A stretch of 64,000 bases of DNA from an uncultured Clostridia bacterium (GCA_947630235.1 CANRGN010000003.1:14678-78677); one strand, 5' to 3'; shown: positions 30,418 through 40,010, numbered from the stretch's first letter. Program-made: numbers and translations. The notes: generated from the sequence alone by a model not told the origin.

Positions 30418-30897
30418 ATGACAAGTTTATTTAGTTATTTAATAACAATTTTTGGAGTATTATTTTGGTTTTTTAGAATACTAGTTGCATATTTTGCTAC
30501 TACAGGAGAGTCTTTTATATGCCAGCCATTAAATACAAGTTTTGAAATAGTATTATTATTTTTAACAATTCCATGTTTTATTTTAGTATTTAAAAGAAGT
30601 ATTGTAGGAGCAATTTTTTATTTAGGTCTTTATGCAACATATTTTGGCACAGCAATTTTTAATACAGTAAATAATTATGCAATTGAAGAAAATGGAATTG
30701 GAATGGTAAGCGGATTAGATTTAGTATTTTCAATTGTAGGTATAGTAATACCATTATTAACATTTTTTGATATTCTGTTTAATAAAAATAGATTATCTAC
30801 AAGTAAAGATAAAGACTCTGATTGGTATTATAAAAACGAAAAATATGATAGGCAAATGGATGAAAGAGCTGATAGAAATCAATACAAAATTAGATAA
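30418..30897 (+). CDS. hypothetical 4-TM membrane protein
   Basis: 159 aa, four hydrophobic segments, GGAGGG SD. Confidence 0.55.
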   Translation: MTSLFSYLITIFGVLFWFFRILVAYFATTGESFICQPLNTSFEIVLLFLTIPCFILVFKRSIVGAIFYLGLYATYFGTAIFNTVNNYAIEENGIGMVSGLDLVFSIVGIVIPLLTFFDILFNKNRLSTSKDKDSDWYYKNEKYDRQMDERADRNQYKIR

Positions 30898-30907
30898 AAA
30901 ATTTTTG

Positions 30908-30943
30908 AAACCAAGCAATTTGTTGTAAATTGCTTGGTTTTAT
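30908..30943 (+). terminator. terminator
   Basis: AAACCAAGCAATTT/AAATTGCTTGGTTT 14-bp stem. Confidence 0.7.
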
Positions 30944-31003
30944 GTTAGAATATTAAAAGTATTGAAAGAGAAGAATGTTATATGTATAAGTATAGGAGTT
31001 AAA

Positions 31004-31168
31004 ATGGAACAAAAAGATGTAGAAAAAGAACTTGAAAAAAGAATAAATATAATGGAAAGTAAAGATTACGAATTTTCTAAACGCTTTTCTAAAAAAGATT
31101 ATATTATTACTTTTATAATAATATTATTATGCTTATTATTTGTAATATTAGGAGCTTTTATATATTAA
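31004..31168 (+). CDS. small single-TM protein
   Basis: ATG 31004 after TAGGAG; MEQKDVEKELEKR...YIITFIIILLCLLFVILGAFIY. Confidence 0.4.
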   Translation: MEQKDVEKELEKRINIMESKDYEFSKRFSKKDYIITFIIILLCLLFVILGAFIY

Positions 31169-31184
31169 CTTGGAGGGATTAAGG

Positions 31185-32262
31185 TTGAAAAATAATTTAG
31201 AAAAAGAAATAGAAAATGAAGTATTTTTTGGTACTATACCTGTTTTAAAAAAAGAAAAAGTATATGGATTTTTGATGCGCTATTAATTTTATCTGGATAT
31301 TGTATTGCTACATGGAGTTATACTCAAGGTTCATACTTAACTACTTTAGTTGGATTTAAACAACTTTTAATAGGAGCTTTTCTAGGAGCAATTCTAATGC
31401 TTGCGATTTATCAATTACCAGTTATTTTATCTGTAAGATATGGTATTGATATATGGGTATGGCTTAGATCTGTACTAGGAAAAAATGGTGTAAAGATAAT
31501 GACAGTTGTAATAATATTAATAAATTATCCATGGTATGCAGTATGTGCAGATTTATTTGCTTCTTCTATGGAAAATTTAGTAAACCTCTTAGGAATAAGT
31601 TTACCCTGTCATTCTTTGTAGTAGTTGGTGCTGTAATGGCAATTGCTATGCAATATGTAACAGGAAAAACGAGCGTAGATCCAACTGTAATGATTGCTAC
31701 TTTATCAAAGCCAATACTTGCTTTAAGTTCTTTATTATTAGTTGCATTTGCTAATATTGGAACTCAAGCTGTTGGATCATATATATATGGAGTAATGCTA
31801 AAGTCATCTTTTGAAAAAATAAAATATAAACATATTATAATAATTCTTGCAATATATGTAGCAATTCTTTGTGTTTGGGGAAAAATTATTGATTATTTTA
31901 GTGCTTTTTTAACAATAACAGCTTGTATTTATGCTCCACTTGCAAGTATACTATTTGTTGATTTTTTCTTTATAAAAAAGCAAAAAATCTCTCTACGTAG
32001 TGCATATAATTTACCAGGATATAATGCTTATAAATTCACTAAAGGAATAAATATAATTTCAATTATTTGTATAATTGTTGGTAGTATTACATCTCTATTA
32101 GTTTACAATCCAATATCTGGTGAAATCCATAATAAATTTTTATTTTATTTTACACCAACAGGGTTATCATTTATAGTTACAGGATTATTATATTATATAA
32201 TATATAAAATACCAGTATTTAAAAATTATATTTTAAAAGATAGAGAGGAAATTAAAGAATAA
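31185..32262 (+). pseudogene. purine-cytosine/HMP (NCS1/CytX-like) permease with two -1 frameshifts
   Basis: TTG 31185 after GGAGGG. Reading frame moves 0 to 2 at the T-run 31269-31273 (GGATTTTTGATGCG, expected GF(F)DALLILSGYCIATW). It moves 2 to 1 at the C-run near 31604-31606 (TTACCCTGTCA, expected GISLP(L)SFFVVVGAV). Both events are one-base losses in homopolymers. Confidence 0.75.
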
Positions 32263-32264
32263 AA

Positions 32265-32876
32265 ATGAAAAATATTCATAAAAAAAAGATAGTTACTAAA
32301 CCATTTGATCGTGCTAAAGTACCTCCTAAACAAAATTTATTTTTTATGCCATTTATATGGTTATATAGTTATTTTAAAACTAAAAAATATAAATTAAGAA
32401 TAAATAAGGTAAATATTAAAGGACTAAAACCTCCATACTTGATACTTGGAACACATCAATCTTTTACTGACTTTTTAGTTACACCACTTGCAATATTTCC
32501 ACATAGAGCAAATTATGTATCTGAACTTGAAGGATTTGAATTATATGGTGAATGGTTGTATAGACAAGCAGGTTGTCTTGGAACTAGAAAATTTATTAAT
32601 GATCAATTATTAATTAAAAATATAAAAAAGGTTCTGGATAGGAAAGGTATATTAGTTCTTTATCCAGAAGCTAGATATGCAAATGTAGGAACAAGTTCAG
32701 AATTGCCAGAATCAGTAGGTAAACTTGCTAAAATGTTAAAGGTACCAATAGTAACTTTAAATATGAGGGGGAATTATCTTCATTCTCCTATATGGAATTT
32801 GGATTATAGAAAAGATGTAATATTAGATGCAACTTTAACTAGAATATATACTAAAGAAGAATTAGAAAAAAGTTAA
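32265..32876 (+). CDS. lysophospholipid (PlsC-type) acyltransferase domain protein
   Basis: HQSFTD (HX4D) and YPEARY motifs; ends at TAA 32874, which is in frame with the next ORF. Confidence 0.7.
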   Translation: MKNIHKKKIVTKPFDRAKVPPKQNLFFMPFIWLYSYFKTKKYKLRINKVNIKGLKPPYLILGTHQSFTDFLVTPLAIFPHRANYVSELEGFELYGEWLYRQAGCLGTRKFINDQLLIKNIKKVLDRKGILVLYPEARYANVGTSSELPESVGKLAKMLKVPIVTLNMRGNYLHSPIWNLDYRKDVILDATLTRIYTKEELEKS

Positions 32877-33545
32877 GTGGAAGAAATAAATAAAAAAATA
32901 CAGGAATTTTTAAGTTATGATGAATATAGATGGCAATATGATACAAAGCTTGCTATAACATATAACAAAAGAGCAGAGGGACTTGAACTTCCACTATATC
33001 AATGTAAAAATTGTAAAACTGAGTTTGAAATGGAAACTAAAGGTACAAAAATTTTTTGTAAACATTGTCACTCATCTTGGAATATGTCAGAGTATGGAAG
33101 ATTAGAAAATGATAAGGAATCTATACATATTACAGATTGGTATGAGTGGGAAAGAGAGAATGTAATTAAAGAAATAGAAGATGGAAAATATAATTTAGAT
33201 ACAGAAGTAAATATTGAGTCTTTGCCAAATGCTATTAATTTTATAAATTTAGGCGAAGGAATATTAAAGCATAATACTATAGGATTTTATTTAACTTTTA
33301 AAGATTATGGTGAAAATAATAAAAAAACATTATATTTCCCACCTTTAAATACATTATCAGTACATACGGAGTATAATTATAGAGGAAAAGGACAGTGTAT
33401 AACTTTATCTACTTTAGATAATACATATTTTTTATTTCCAAAAGAAAAGATTTTTAATAGTACTAAGATACAATTTGCAACTGAATATTTATATAAAATA
33501 TCAAAAGATAAAATTAAAATAAATAATAATATAAAAATATATTAA
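32877..33545 (+). CDS. Cys-rich domain protein, possibly the C-terminal part of the preceding acyltransferase
   Basis: GTG 32877 immediately follows TAA in the same frame; CKNCKTEF...CKHCHSSW zinc-ribbon-like motif. Confidence 0.55.
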   Translation: MEEINKKIQEFLSYDEYRWQYDTKLAITYNKRAEGLELPLYQCKNCKTEFEMETKGTKIFCKHCHSSWNMSEYGRLENDKESIHITDWYEWERENVIKEIEDGKYNLDTEVNIESLPNAINFINLGEGILKHNTIGFYLTFKDYGENNKKTLYFPPLNTLSVHTEYNYRGKGQCITLSTLDNTYFLFPKEKIFNSTKIQFATEYLYKISKDKIKINNNIKIY

Positions 33546-33681
33546 AGTTAATAATAATGAAAAAAGTTTTAATATCAACTGCGATAAACTAATTTATAGA
33601 AACAGTTACTCAAACCATTGGAAATACTCAAATTTCATACATTGAGATTTTTACATTTTTTAGATATAATTAATAATTTAA

Positions 33682-33999
33682 AGCTATAAAAATAAAGAAT
33701 GGTTAAAATACTCAGAAGAAGCAGATATTTTAAATGTAATTATTTTCAAAACAACTGTTAAAAAATGGAGAGAACTTAATCCAGATTTAGCAAAAAATGC
33801 TAATGTTAGAGATTATTCAACAATTAATGAATTAACAGTATTATCTAATTTAGAATCTCATAATGCTGAATTAATTAAAGAAGGAAAAAGTAAAGAAGAA
33901 AGATTTGAGATATTAAATGCTATTGCGAAATATCAATTAGATGTACTTAACAATGCTGAAAATATAAAATTATTAGGAGAGAAAAATGAACGAAAATAA
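33682..33999 (+). pseudogene. remnant of a KilA-N/antirepressor-family gene (C-terminal part only)
   Basis: Startless open frame EWLKYSEEADILNVIIFKTTVKKWRELNPDLAKNANVRDYSTINELTVLSNLESHNAELIKEGKSKEERFEILNAIAKYQLDVL, matching from memory the conserved C-terminal region of KilA-N domain proteins; runs into the rbgA start. Confidence 0.45.
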
Positions 34000-34879
34000 A
34001 ACAAACATAAATTGGTATCCAGGCCATATGGCTAAAACCAAAAGACAAATTATAGAGGATTTAAAGTTAATAGATATAGTAATAGAATTATTAGATGCTA
34101 GGATACCAATTGCTAGTAGAAATCCTGATATAAATGAATTAACAAAAAATAAGAAAAGAATAATTCTTTTAAATAAAAGTGATTTATCAAATGAAGAATT
34201 AAATAAAGTTTGGCTAAATAAATTGGGAAAAGAAGCTCCTACTATTTTAACTGACTCTAATTCTGGAAAAGGTGTTGAAAAAGTATTAAAGAAAATTGAA
34301 GATATAATGGAGCCTGAAAGGTTAAAGTGGCAAGCAAAAGGGTTAAAAAATAAAACTATTAGAGTTATGATTTTAGGAATACCTAATGTTGGAAAATCAT
34401 CTTTTATAAATAGAATTGCTAAAAAGAACTCTACTATTGTTGGGAATAAACCTGGGGTAACAAGGCAAAAACAATGGATTAGACTTTCAAAAAATATAGA
34501 GCTTTTAGATACTCCTGGTGTATTGTGGCCAAAATTTGAAAACCAAGAGATAGCATTAAATTTAGCTTTTACAGGAACTATTAAAGATGATATTTTAGAA
34601 AAAGTTGAAATTGCTTATGAGTTGCTAAAAAAATTATTTATAGAAGATGTAGAGTGTTTAATTCAAAGATATAAGATAATAAATGAAGAATTAGAAGTTA
34701 TTGAATCTAAAGAAAATAAAATCTATGAGCTTATGAAAATAATTGGAAGAAAAAGAGGCGCTTTAATTTCAAAAGGCGAAGTGGATGATGAAAAAGTTGC
34801 AGGAATTATTCTTGATGATTTTAGAAGTGGAAAATTAGGAAAAATAACTTTGGAAAGTCCAAAAAAGGATGTGATATAA
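33986..34879 (+). CDS. rbgA: ribosome biogenesis GTPase A (YlqF)
   Basis: INWYPGHMAKTKRQI, DARIPIASRNP, NKSDL, GIPNVGKSSFINR (circularly permuted GTPase). Confidence 0.9.
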   Translation: MNENKTNINWYPGHMAKTKRQIIEDLKLIDIVIELLDARIPIASRNPDINELTKNKKRIILLNKSDLSNEELNKVWLNKLGKEAPTILTDSNSGKGVEKVLKKIEDIMEPERLKWQAKGLKNKTIRVMILGIPNVGKSSFINRIAKKNSTIVGNKPGVTRQKQWIRLSKNIELLDTPGVLWPKFENQEIALNLAFTGTIKDDILEKVEIAYELLKKLFIEDVECLIQRYKIINEELEVIESKENKIYELMKIIGRKRGALISKGEVDDEKVAGIILDDFRSGKLGKITLESPKKDVI

Positions 34880-34881
34880 AA

Positions 34882-35280
34882 ATGGAACTAATTGAAAGAA
34901 ATAGAGAAATAAATGATGTTAAAATGCTTTCTCCACTGGTTTGGGCATATATTGGTGATAGTATATATGAAATTTTTATAAGAAATTATCTTATTAACAA
35001 TTCAAATGCTAAACCACATAAATTACATATAGAAACTGTAAAATATGTAAAAGCTAAAGCTCAAGTAAAAACTCTTGAAAAGATTTATGATATGTTAACT
35101 GATGAAGAAAAAGATATAGTAAGAAGAGGAAGAAATGTTCAAAATCATCATGTACCTAAAAATGTAGATGTTGCAGAATATTCTTATGCAACAGCTTTTG
35201 AGAGTTTAATTGGATATTTATATCTTACTAAAAATGATGAGAGATTAAAAAAAATATTAGAAGCTTGTATAGAAAAATAG
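34882..35280 (+). CDS. mrnC: mini-ribonuclease III
   Basis: LVWAYIGDSIYEIFIRNYL, RRGRNVQNHHVPKN, AFESLIGYLYL. Confidence 0.85.
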   Translation: MELIERNREINDVKMLSPLVWAYIGDSIYEIFIRNYLINNSNAKPHKLHIETVKYVKAKAQVKTLEKIYDMLTDEEKDIVRRGRNVQNHHVPKNVDVAEYSYATAFESLIGYLYLTKNDERLKKILEACIEK

Positions 35281-35342
35281 ATTTATTCAGCTTTTATGCA
35301 AAGAAATTTCTTATTTTATAAAAATTTTATTGAATTATTGGC

Positions 35343-35371
35343 TTGACTAACAAATTAAATTATGGTATAAA
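35343..35371 (+). promoter_or_regulatory. sigma-A type promoter for tRNA-Glu
   Basis: TTGACT (35343-35348), 17-nt spacer ending in TGG, TATAAA (35366-35371); 15 nt upstream of the tRNA 5' end. Confidence 0.55.
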
Positions 35372-35386
35372 TAAATAGTACTTTAT

Positions 35387-35461
35387 GGCCCCTTGGTCAA
35401 GCGGTTAAGACGCCACCCTCTCAAGGTGGAATCATGGGTTCGATTCCCGTAGGGGTCACCA
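35387..35461 (+). tRNA. tRNA-Glu (anticodon CUC), CCA encoded
   Basis: Cloverleaf: acceptor GGCCCCT/AGGGGTC, D-arm GGTCAAGCGGTTAAGAC, anticodon stem CCACC/GGTGG with loop CTCTCAA, T-arm ATGGG-TTCGATT-CCCGT; closely resembles Bacillus tRNA-Glu. Confidence 0.9.
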
Positions 35462-35483
35462 ATTTATGAAACATTAGAAAAAT

Positions 35484-35521
35484 AAAGGTTTTAGAGATTT
35501 TCTAAAATCTTTTATTTTTTT
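35484..35521 (+). terminator. terminator after tRNA-Glu
   Basis: AAAGGTTTTAGA/TCTAAAATCTTT 12-bp stem plus T-run. Confidence 0.65.
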
Positions 35522-35639
35522 AACTACTTTTTAACTACTCAGGAAAAAAACATTAGTGTATAACAAATAATAATTTTATAAAATGATAATTTCAAAAGAT
35601 TACTAATATAAAAAAATAGTAATCTTTTATTTTTTTATA

Positions 35640-35687
35640 TTGACAAACTGTTACAACTGTTATAATATAAATATAACAGCTGTAACA
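35640..35687 (+). promoter_or_regulatory. promoter with overlapping palindromic operator (likely the site for the downstream GntR/YtrA regulator)
   Basis: TTGACA at 35640-35645, TATAAT/TAATAT at 35661-35668; inverted repeat TGTTACAACTGTTATA (35649-35664) / TATAACAGCTGTAACA (35672-35687). Confidence 0.6.
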
Positions 35688-35703
35688 AAAAGGAGAAAAG
35701 ATT

Positions 35704-36081
35704 ATGGATATTATTATTAGCAATAGTAGTAATCAACCTATATTTGAGCAAATTAAACAATCTATAAAAAAAGCAATAGCAACAAACGAATTGAAAGAAA
35801 ATGAAATGTTGCCATCAATTAGAAATTTAGCACAAGATTTGAGAATTAGTGTTATGACAGTAAAAAGAGCTTATGATGAATTAGAACAGGAAGGTTTTAT
35901 TAAGACAATTCACGGAAAGGGAAGTTTGGTTGCAGCAAAAAATATTGAGTTGTTAAAAGAAGAACAGATGAAAGAGATAGAAAAATATATTGATAAAATT
36001 GTTTTAATATCGAAAACATCTAATATAAGTAAAAAAGAAATTTTAGAAACCTTTGAATATTTATTTGGGGAGGATGAATAA
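35704..36081 (+). CDS. GntR family (YtrA subfamily) transcriptional regulator
   Basis: 125 aa; LPSIRNLAQDLRISVMTVKRAYDELEQEGFI wHTH. Confidence 0.85.
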   Translation: MDIIISNSSNQPIFEQIKQSIKKAIATNELKENEMLPSIRNLAQDLRISVMTVKRAYDELEQEGFIKTIHGKGSLVAAKNIELLKEEQMKEIEKYIDKIVLISKTSNISKKEILETFEYLFGEDE

Positions 36082-36939
36082 ATGGAAAATATATTAGAAG
36101 TTAAAAATCTATGCAAAAAATATAAAGGATTTGAATTGCAAAATGTTAATATTACATTACCTAAAGGGATGATTATGGGCTTTATTGGTGAAAATGGAGC
36201 AGGAAAAACAACTACGATTAAGGCAATTTTAGACATTATTAGAGATTATACAGGTAAAATAAAATTATTTGGACTTGACAATAGAAATGATGACAAAAAA
36301 ATTAAAGAAAATATTGGAGCTGTCCTAGATGATATGTTTTTTCCAGAAATTCTCACACCAAATGATATAAATAGCATTATGAAAGATATTTATAAAAATT
36401 GGGATTCGGAACTATATTTTAAATATTTAACTGATTTTGCATTACCAAACAATAAAGCAATAAAAACATTATCTAAAGGAATGAGAAAAAAATTAGAAAT
36501 AGCCACAGCAATTTCACATCATCCACAATTATTAATTCTTGATGAGCCAACTGCTGGACTTGATCCAGTAGCAAGAAACGAAGTAATAGATCTTTTTCAA
36601 AGTTTTATTCAAAATGAAGAATGTTCTATTTTCCTATCAAGTCATATTACAACAGATTTAGAACATATTGCAGATTATATTACCTTTATAAATAATGGAA
36701 ATATTATACTATCAAAAACTAGAGAAGAATTACTAGAAGATTATGGAATTGTTAAATGTACAAAAAAAGAATTTGAAAACATAGATAAAAAAGATTTTAT
36801 TCAATATAAGAAAAGTAAATATGAATATGAAATTTTAATTGAAAACAGAAAAGTTTTTAATAAAAAATATGACATTGATACAATAGATAAAATAACACTT
36901 GAGGAACTTATGGTATTGATGATTAAGGGGGAAAAATAA
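36082..36939 (+). CDS. ABC transporter ATP-binding protein
   Basis: Walker A GENGAGKTT, signature LSKGMRKK, Walker B LLILDEP. Confidence 0.9.
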   Translation: MENILEVKNLCKKYKGFELQNVNITLPKGMIMGFIGENGAGKTTTIKAILDIIRDYTGKIKLFGLDNRNDDKKIKENIGAVLDDMFFPEILTPNDINSIMKDIYKNWDSELYFKYLTDFALPNNKAIKTLSKGMRKKLEIATAISHHPQLLILDEPTAGLDPVARNEVIDLFQSFIQNEECSIFLSSHITTDLEHIADYITFINNGNIILSKTREELLEDYGIVKCTKKEFENIDKKDFIQYKKSKYEYEILIENRKVFNKKYDIDTIDKITLEELMVLMIKGEK

Positions 36940-37571
36940 TGTTAGGATTTATAAAAAAAGATTTATTGATGATTAAAAGTAATATTAAAATTTTTGTGAT
37001 ATTGCTAATAATATATGTTTTTATGACTTTTCAAGGTCAAATGGATTTATCCTTTTTATTGCCATTTATGAGCGTAATGATTATGATTTCAACATTTAGT
37101 TATGATACTTTTAACAAATGGGATGCTTATGCAGTAACATTGCCAAATGGTAGAAAAAATAGTGTAATGGGGAAGTATATTGCGACAATAATACTTATTG
37201 AAATAACAACAATAATTATAACTATATTATCTTTTACGATTTCTTATGCTAAAACAAAAATAATAGATTTTGAAAACATTATAGGAACAATATTAGGATC
37301 TCTTTTCGCTACTATTTTATTACAATCATTTATGTATCCAGCAATGTATAAATTCGGTCCAGAAAAAGCAAGAATAGGAATATTTGTAGTAGTATTTGGT
37401 GTTGCAATTATAGGTGGGACTGTTGCAAAATATGTTGATTTGTCACCAATGATAAAAATGTTAGATTCTATAGGAACATATTGGATGATAGTATTTCCAG
37501 TAACTATGATTTTAATGTTATATATATCATATAAAGCATCAGAAAGAATTTATTTTAAAAAAGAAATATAA
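36939..37571 (+). CDS. ABC-2 type transporter permease
   Basis: 210 aa, 6 TM segments, start overlaps the ATPase stop (ATAATG). Confidence 0.7.
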   Translation: MLGFIKKDLLMIKSNIKIFVILLIIYVFMTFQGQMDLSFLLPFMSVMIMISTFSYDTFNKWDAYAVTLPNGRKNSVMGKYIATIILIEITTIIITILSFTISYAKTKIIDFENIIGTILGSLFATILLQSFMYPAMYKFGPEKARIGIFVVVFGVAIIGGTVAKYVDLSPMIKMLDSIGTYWMIVFPVTMILMLYISYKASERIYFKKEI

Positions 37572-37629
37572 AATTTTTATATTCCTACTTATGTAGTTTT
37601 ATATATTCAATAACTTCTAAAATAATTTA

Positions 37630-37690
37630 AGGAGGAATGTCCTTTTGCCACTCCTATGGTGCTATCGGAGCAGTAACGACATTTTGAACT
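37630..37690 (+). other. GC-rich imperfect hairpin, a possible operon terminator or structured RNA
   Basis: AATGTC (37636-37641) pairs with GACATT (37678-37683); inner TTGCCACTCC/GGAGCAGTAA stem; followed by TTTT; about 50% GC in a 25% GC genome. Confidence 0.35.
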
Positions 37691-37798
37691 TCAATTTATA
37701 TTTAATTGCTAAAAAAATATATTTGTTATATAATAAATATGTGAATTTCAAGAAGGGATAGCCAAATATATGGAAAATAATATTTCAAAGGAAAAAAT

Positions 37799-38530
37799 AT
37801 GTTGTTAAAAAGCTGTATTTATTTTATTTTAATAGTAATTAGTTTACTTTCAATACCAATATTGATTTATTCAATAAAAAATAAAAAACAAAATAATAGT
37901 AAAGGTATAAAAACAATTATTTTTTTTTATATAATATACTTAATTTTAGGTATTGTTGTTATACCAAATATTTTTTGTTTAGATACAGGTCTTGAGATTT
38001 TAGTTTTAGATTTTTTAGTATTAATTGCAATAATAAATTATATTATATCTATTATTATATGTTCAAAAAAAATAAAACAAAGTAATGAAAAATTTTCTTT
38101 ATCTAAAAAAAAGCTAGTATTTATATTATTGTTGATTATATTGCCTATTTTGTTGGTTTTTAGTAGTTTTATTAAAGAATATTATTTAATAATGAATAGT
38201 GATTTAATATTAGTATATAATTCACAGGGAAATGGTGGATTTGGAGATAGTAAGGAATTTGCATATGCAATTAATGAAAGATATTGTGAAGAAATTAGTT
38301 TGGGTATTGGAGTTGAAGATTATAGCTTAGTAAAATATTTACCTAAAAAAGCAAAAAAGATAGAGAATATTGAAGATATAAGTAATTTAAGTAATTATAA
38401 TATACATTTTAGCAATAATGATAAATATATTTCAGTATATAAAAATGGTAAAATTATTCACAAAGAGCAACTTAATTCAATTTATTTCAACATTGATTTT
38501 GATGGGGGTTTTTGTATAAATATTAAATAA
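37799..38530 (+). CDS. hypothetical polytopic membrane protein
   Basis: 243 aa, 4-5 TM segments then a soluble C-terminus. Confidence 0.5.
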   Translation: MLLKSCIYFILIVISLLSIPILIYSIKNKKQNNSKGIKTIIFFYIIYLILGIVVIPNIFCLDTGLEILVLDFLVLIAIINYIISIIICSKKIKQSNEKFSLSKKKLVFILLLIILPILLVFSSFIKEYYLIMNSDLILVYNSQGNGGFGDSKEFAYAINERYCEEISLGIGVEDYSLVKYLPKKAKKIENIEDISNLSNYNIHFSNNDKYISVYKNGKIIHKEQLNSIYFNIDFDGGFCINIK

Positions 38531-38554
38531 ATACTATTTTGAAAGGATTTTTTA

Positions 38555-39187
38555 ATGAGTATTTTAAAGCCACAAAATATACATATTGAAAAGTTAAAAA
38601 TTATGAATTTAGATGATTTAAAAGATAATGATAAAGTAAATTATTGTAATTTTGAAAAAGAAGAGGATAATGATTCAAAATTTTATGATATTGAAATTGA
38701 AAATTGCATATTTACTAATATTATTATACAAAAAGGAATGTTAGAAAAAATAGCATTTAAAGATGTTATTTTTGAACAATGTAATTTTTCAAATACGGAA
38801 TTTATAGATACTACTTTTATTAGATGCGAGTTTAAAAATTGTAAAATTTCTGGTTGTAATTTTGCAGATAATAGATTATTTAATGTTACTTTTATTGAAA
38901 CAAATGCTAGTTATATGAATTTATCAATGTCTAATATAGAAAATATTATTTTTGAAAATACTGTATTAAAAAATAGTTGTTTTCAAGAAACTAAAACAAA
39001 AAATATATTTTTTGAGAATACAGATTTAACACAATCAAAATTTTTTAAAACAAGTTTGAAAGGAATTGATTTATCTAGTTGTAAAATAGAAGGAATAGCA
39101 ATTTCAATAGAAGATATAAAAGGTGCAATAATAGATCAATTTCAAGCGGTTGATTTATTGTATTTAATTGGTGTAAAGCTTAAATGA
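38555..39187 (+). CDS. pentapeptide repeat protein
   Basis: Tandem A(D/N)LXX-type pentads: CNFSNTEFIDTTFIRCEFKNCKISGCNFADNRLFNVTFIETNASYMNLS... Confidence 0.8.
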   Translation: MSILKPQNIHIEKLKIMNLDDLKDNDKVNYCNFEKEEDNDSKFYDIEIENCIFTNIIIQKGMLEKIAFKDVIFEQCNFSNTEFIDTTFIRCEFKNCKISGCNFADNRLFNVTFIETNASYMNLSMSNIENIIFENTVLKNSCFQETKTKNIFFENTDLTQSKFFKTSLKGIDLSSCKIEGIAISIEDIKGAIIDQFQAVDLLYLIGVKLK

Positions 39188-39548
39188 TTGATTATCATAT
39201 TAGTATTGTAAAAACATATATGTAAAAAACTGAAAATTAAATGCAAAATTGGGATTAGGAATGTTAAGTATGCAATAATAGGGTAGAAATATTTGTTCAT
39301 TTAGGAAAAGACTATTTCGAAAGTCATATTTTTTATCCAAAACACGGATATATTGAATATCAAGATTTTTAATTACAACAATATTAGATTTAAATATAAA
39401 TTTTAACATGAATATATTAGTAAAAATTTTGCCAATAATACTAATTTTATTAAACATCATAGTTTTATCAATTTCTTATATGATATCTTATAAAAATAAG
39501 GAAATATAAGTTTATAAAAATATGATGTAGTTAAAAATACTTATTATA

Positions 39549-39584
39549 AAATCATAACCACCAGTTTTACTGGTGGTTATGATT
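39549..39584 (-). terminator. terminator downstream of the 39585-40010 gene (stem usable on both strands)
   Basis: AAATCATAACCACCAG/CTGGTGGTTATGATTT 16-bp stem. Confidence 0.7.
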
Positions 39585-40010
39585 TTATAAAAATTTTTTC
39601 AATCTTTCAATATTATTTTCTTGTAATCTTATAAATCCATTTAATATATTTTTGGTATCTTGAGATGATTGAGGATTTTGATTTAAAAGTTTTACTGCTT
39701 TTATTATTCCCATATCATTTCCTTGTATTAAAATTTCTGAAATTTGAGAATTACTTTTATTTGTCATTGTATTAAATTCAATTCCTGTCCATCCCATAAG
39801 TTTAGTCATTGTAGGTGTATCATCAGGAATTTCTCCTGCTTTTTCAAATTCAGCATTAACTTTATCTAGTGTATCACGATATCTATTATATTGAAAACTT
39901 ATATCATCTTTAAAATTTTGATCTGAAACCTTATCGTTTATTTGTTCTAAAGCGGCCATTCCCATTGTTACTCCTTTATGAACTTCGTTTAAAATTGTTA
40001 AATCATCCAT
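39585..40010 (-). CDS. hypothetical helical protein (possible ferritin-like four-helix bundle)
   Basis: ATG at 40010 lies 8 nt after GGAGG (the ORF track start 40040 is a TTG with no SD); MDDLTILNEVHKGVTMGMAALEQ... Confidence 0.6.
   Translation of the reverse strand: MDDLTILNEVHKGVTMGMAALEQINDKVSDQNFKDDISFQYNRYRDTLDKVNAEFEKAGEIPDDTPTMTKLMGWTGIEFNTMTNKSNSQISEILIQGNDMGIIKAVKLLNQNPQSSQDTKNILNGFIRLQENNIERLKKFL

Noticed and set aside
30898-31184. A TPP or other riboswitch upstream of the HMP/cytosine-type permease.
   Set aside because: No conserved riboswitch core (for example the CTGAGA and ACCTGA elements of the THI box) is visible. The region contains a terminator and a small ORF instead.
35522-35640. 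The direct repeat TAACTACT x2 and a second hairpin downstream of tRNA-Glu, as a possible att site of an integrated element.
   Set aside because: There is no copy of the tRNA 3' end, no integrase and no compositional change. The 12-bp hairpin at 35594-35637 is more simply a second terminator or insulator ahead of the GntR promoter.
37637-37687. The 16-codon ORF as a confident peptide (RiPP or pheromone) gene.
   Set aside because: The SD-to-ATG spacing is only 1 nt, and the region is better explained by an RNA hairpin or terminator. It is kept only as a low-interest finding.
39188-39548. The 86-aa minus-strand ORF (39200-39460) in a roughly 400-nt gene-poor gap.
   Set aside because: It has no SD, a low-complexity hydrophobic or Asn-rich translation, and no motif. 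The gap is probably non-coding or a decayed sequence.
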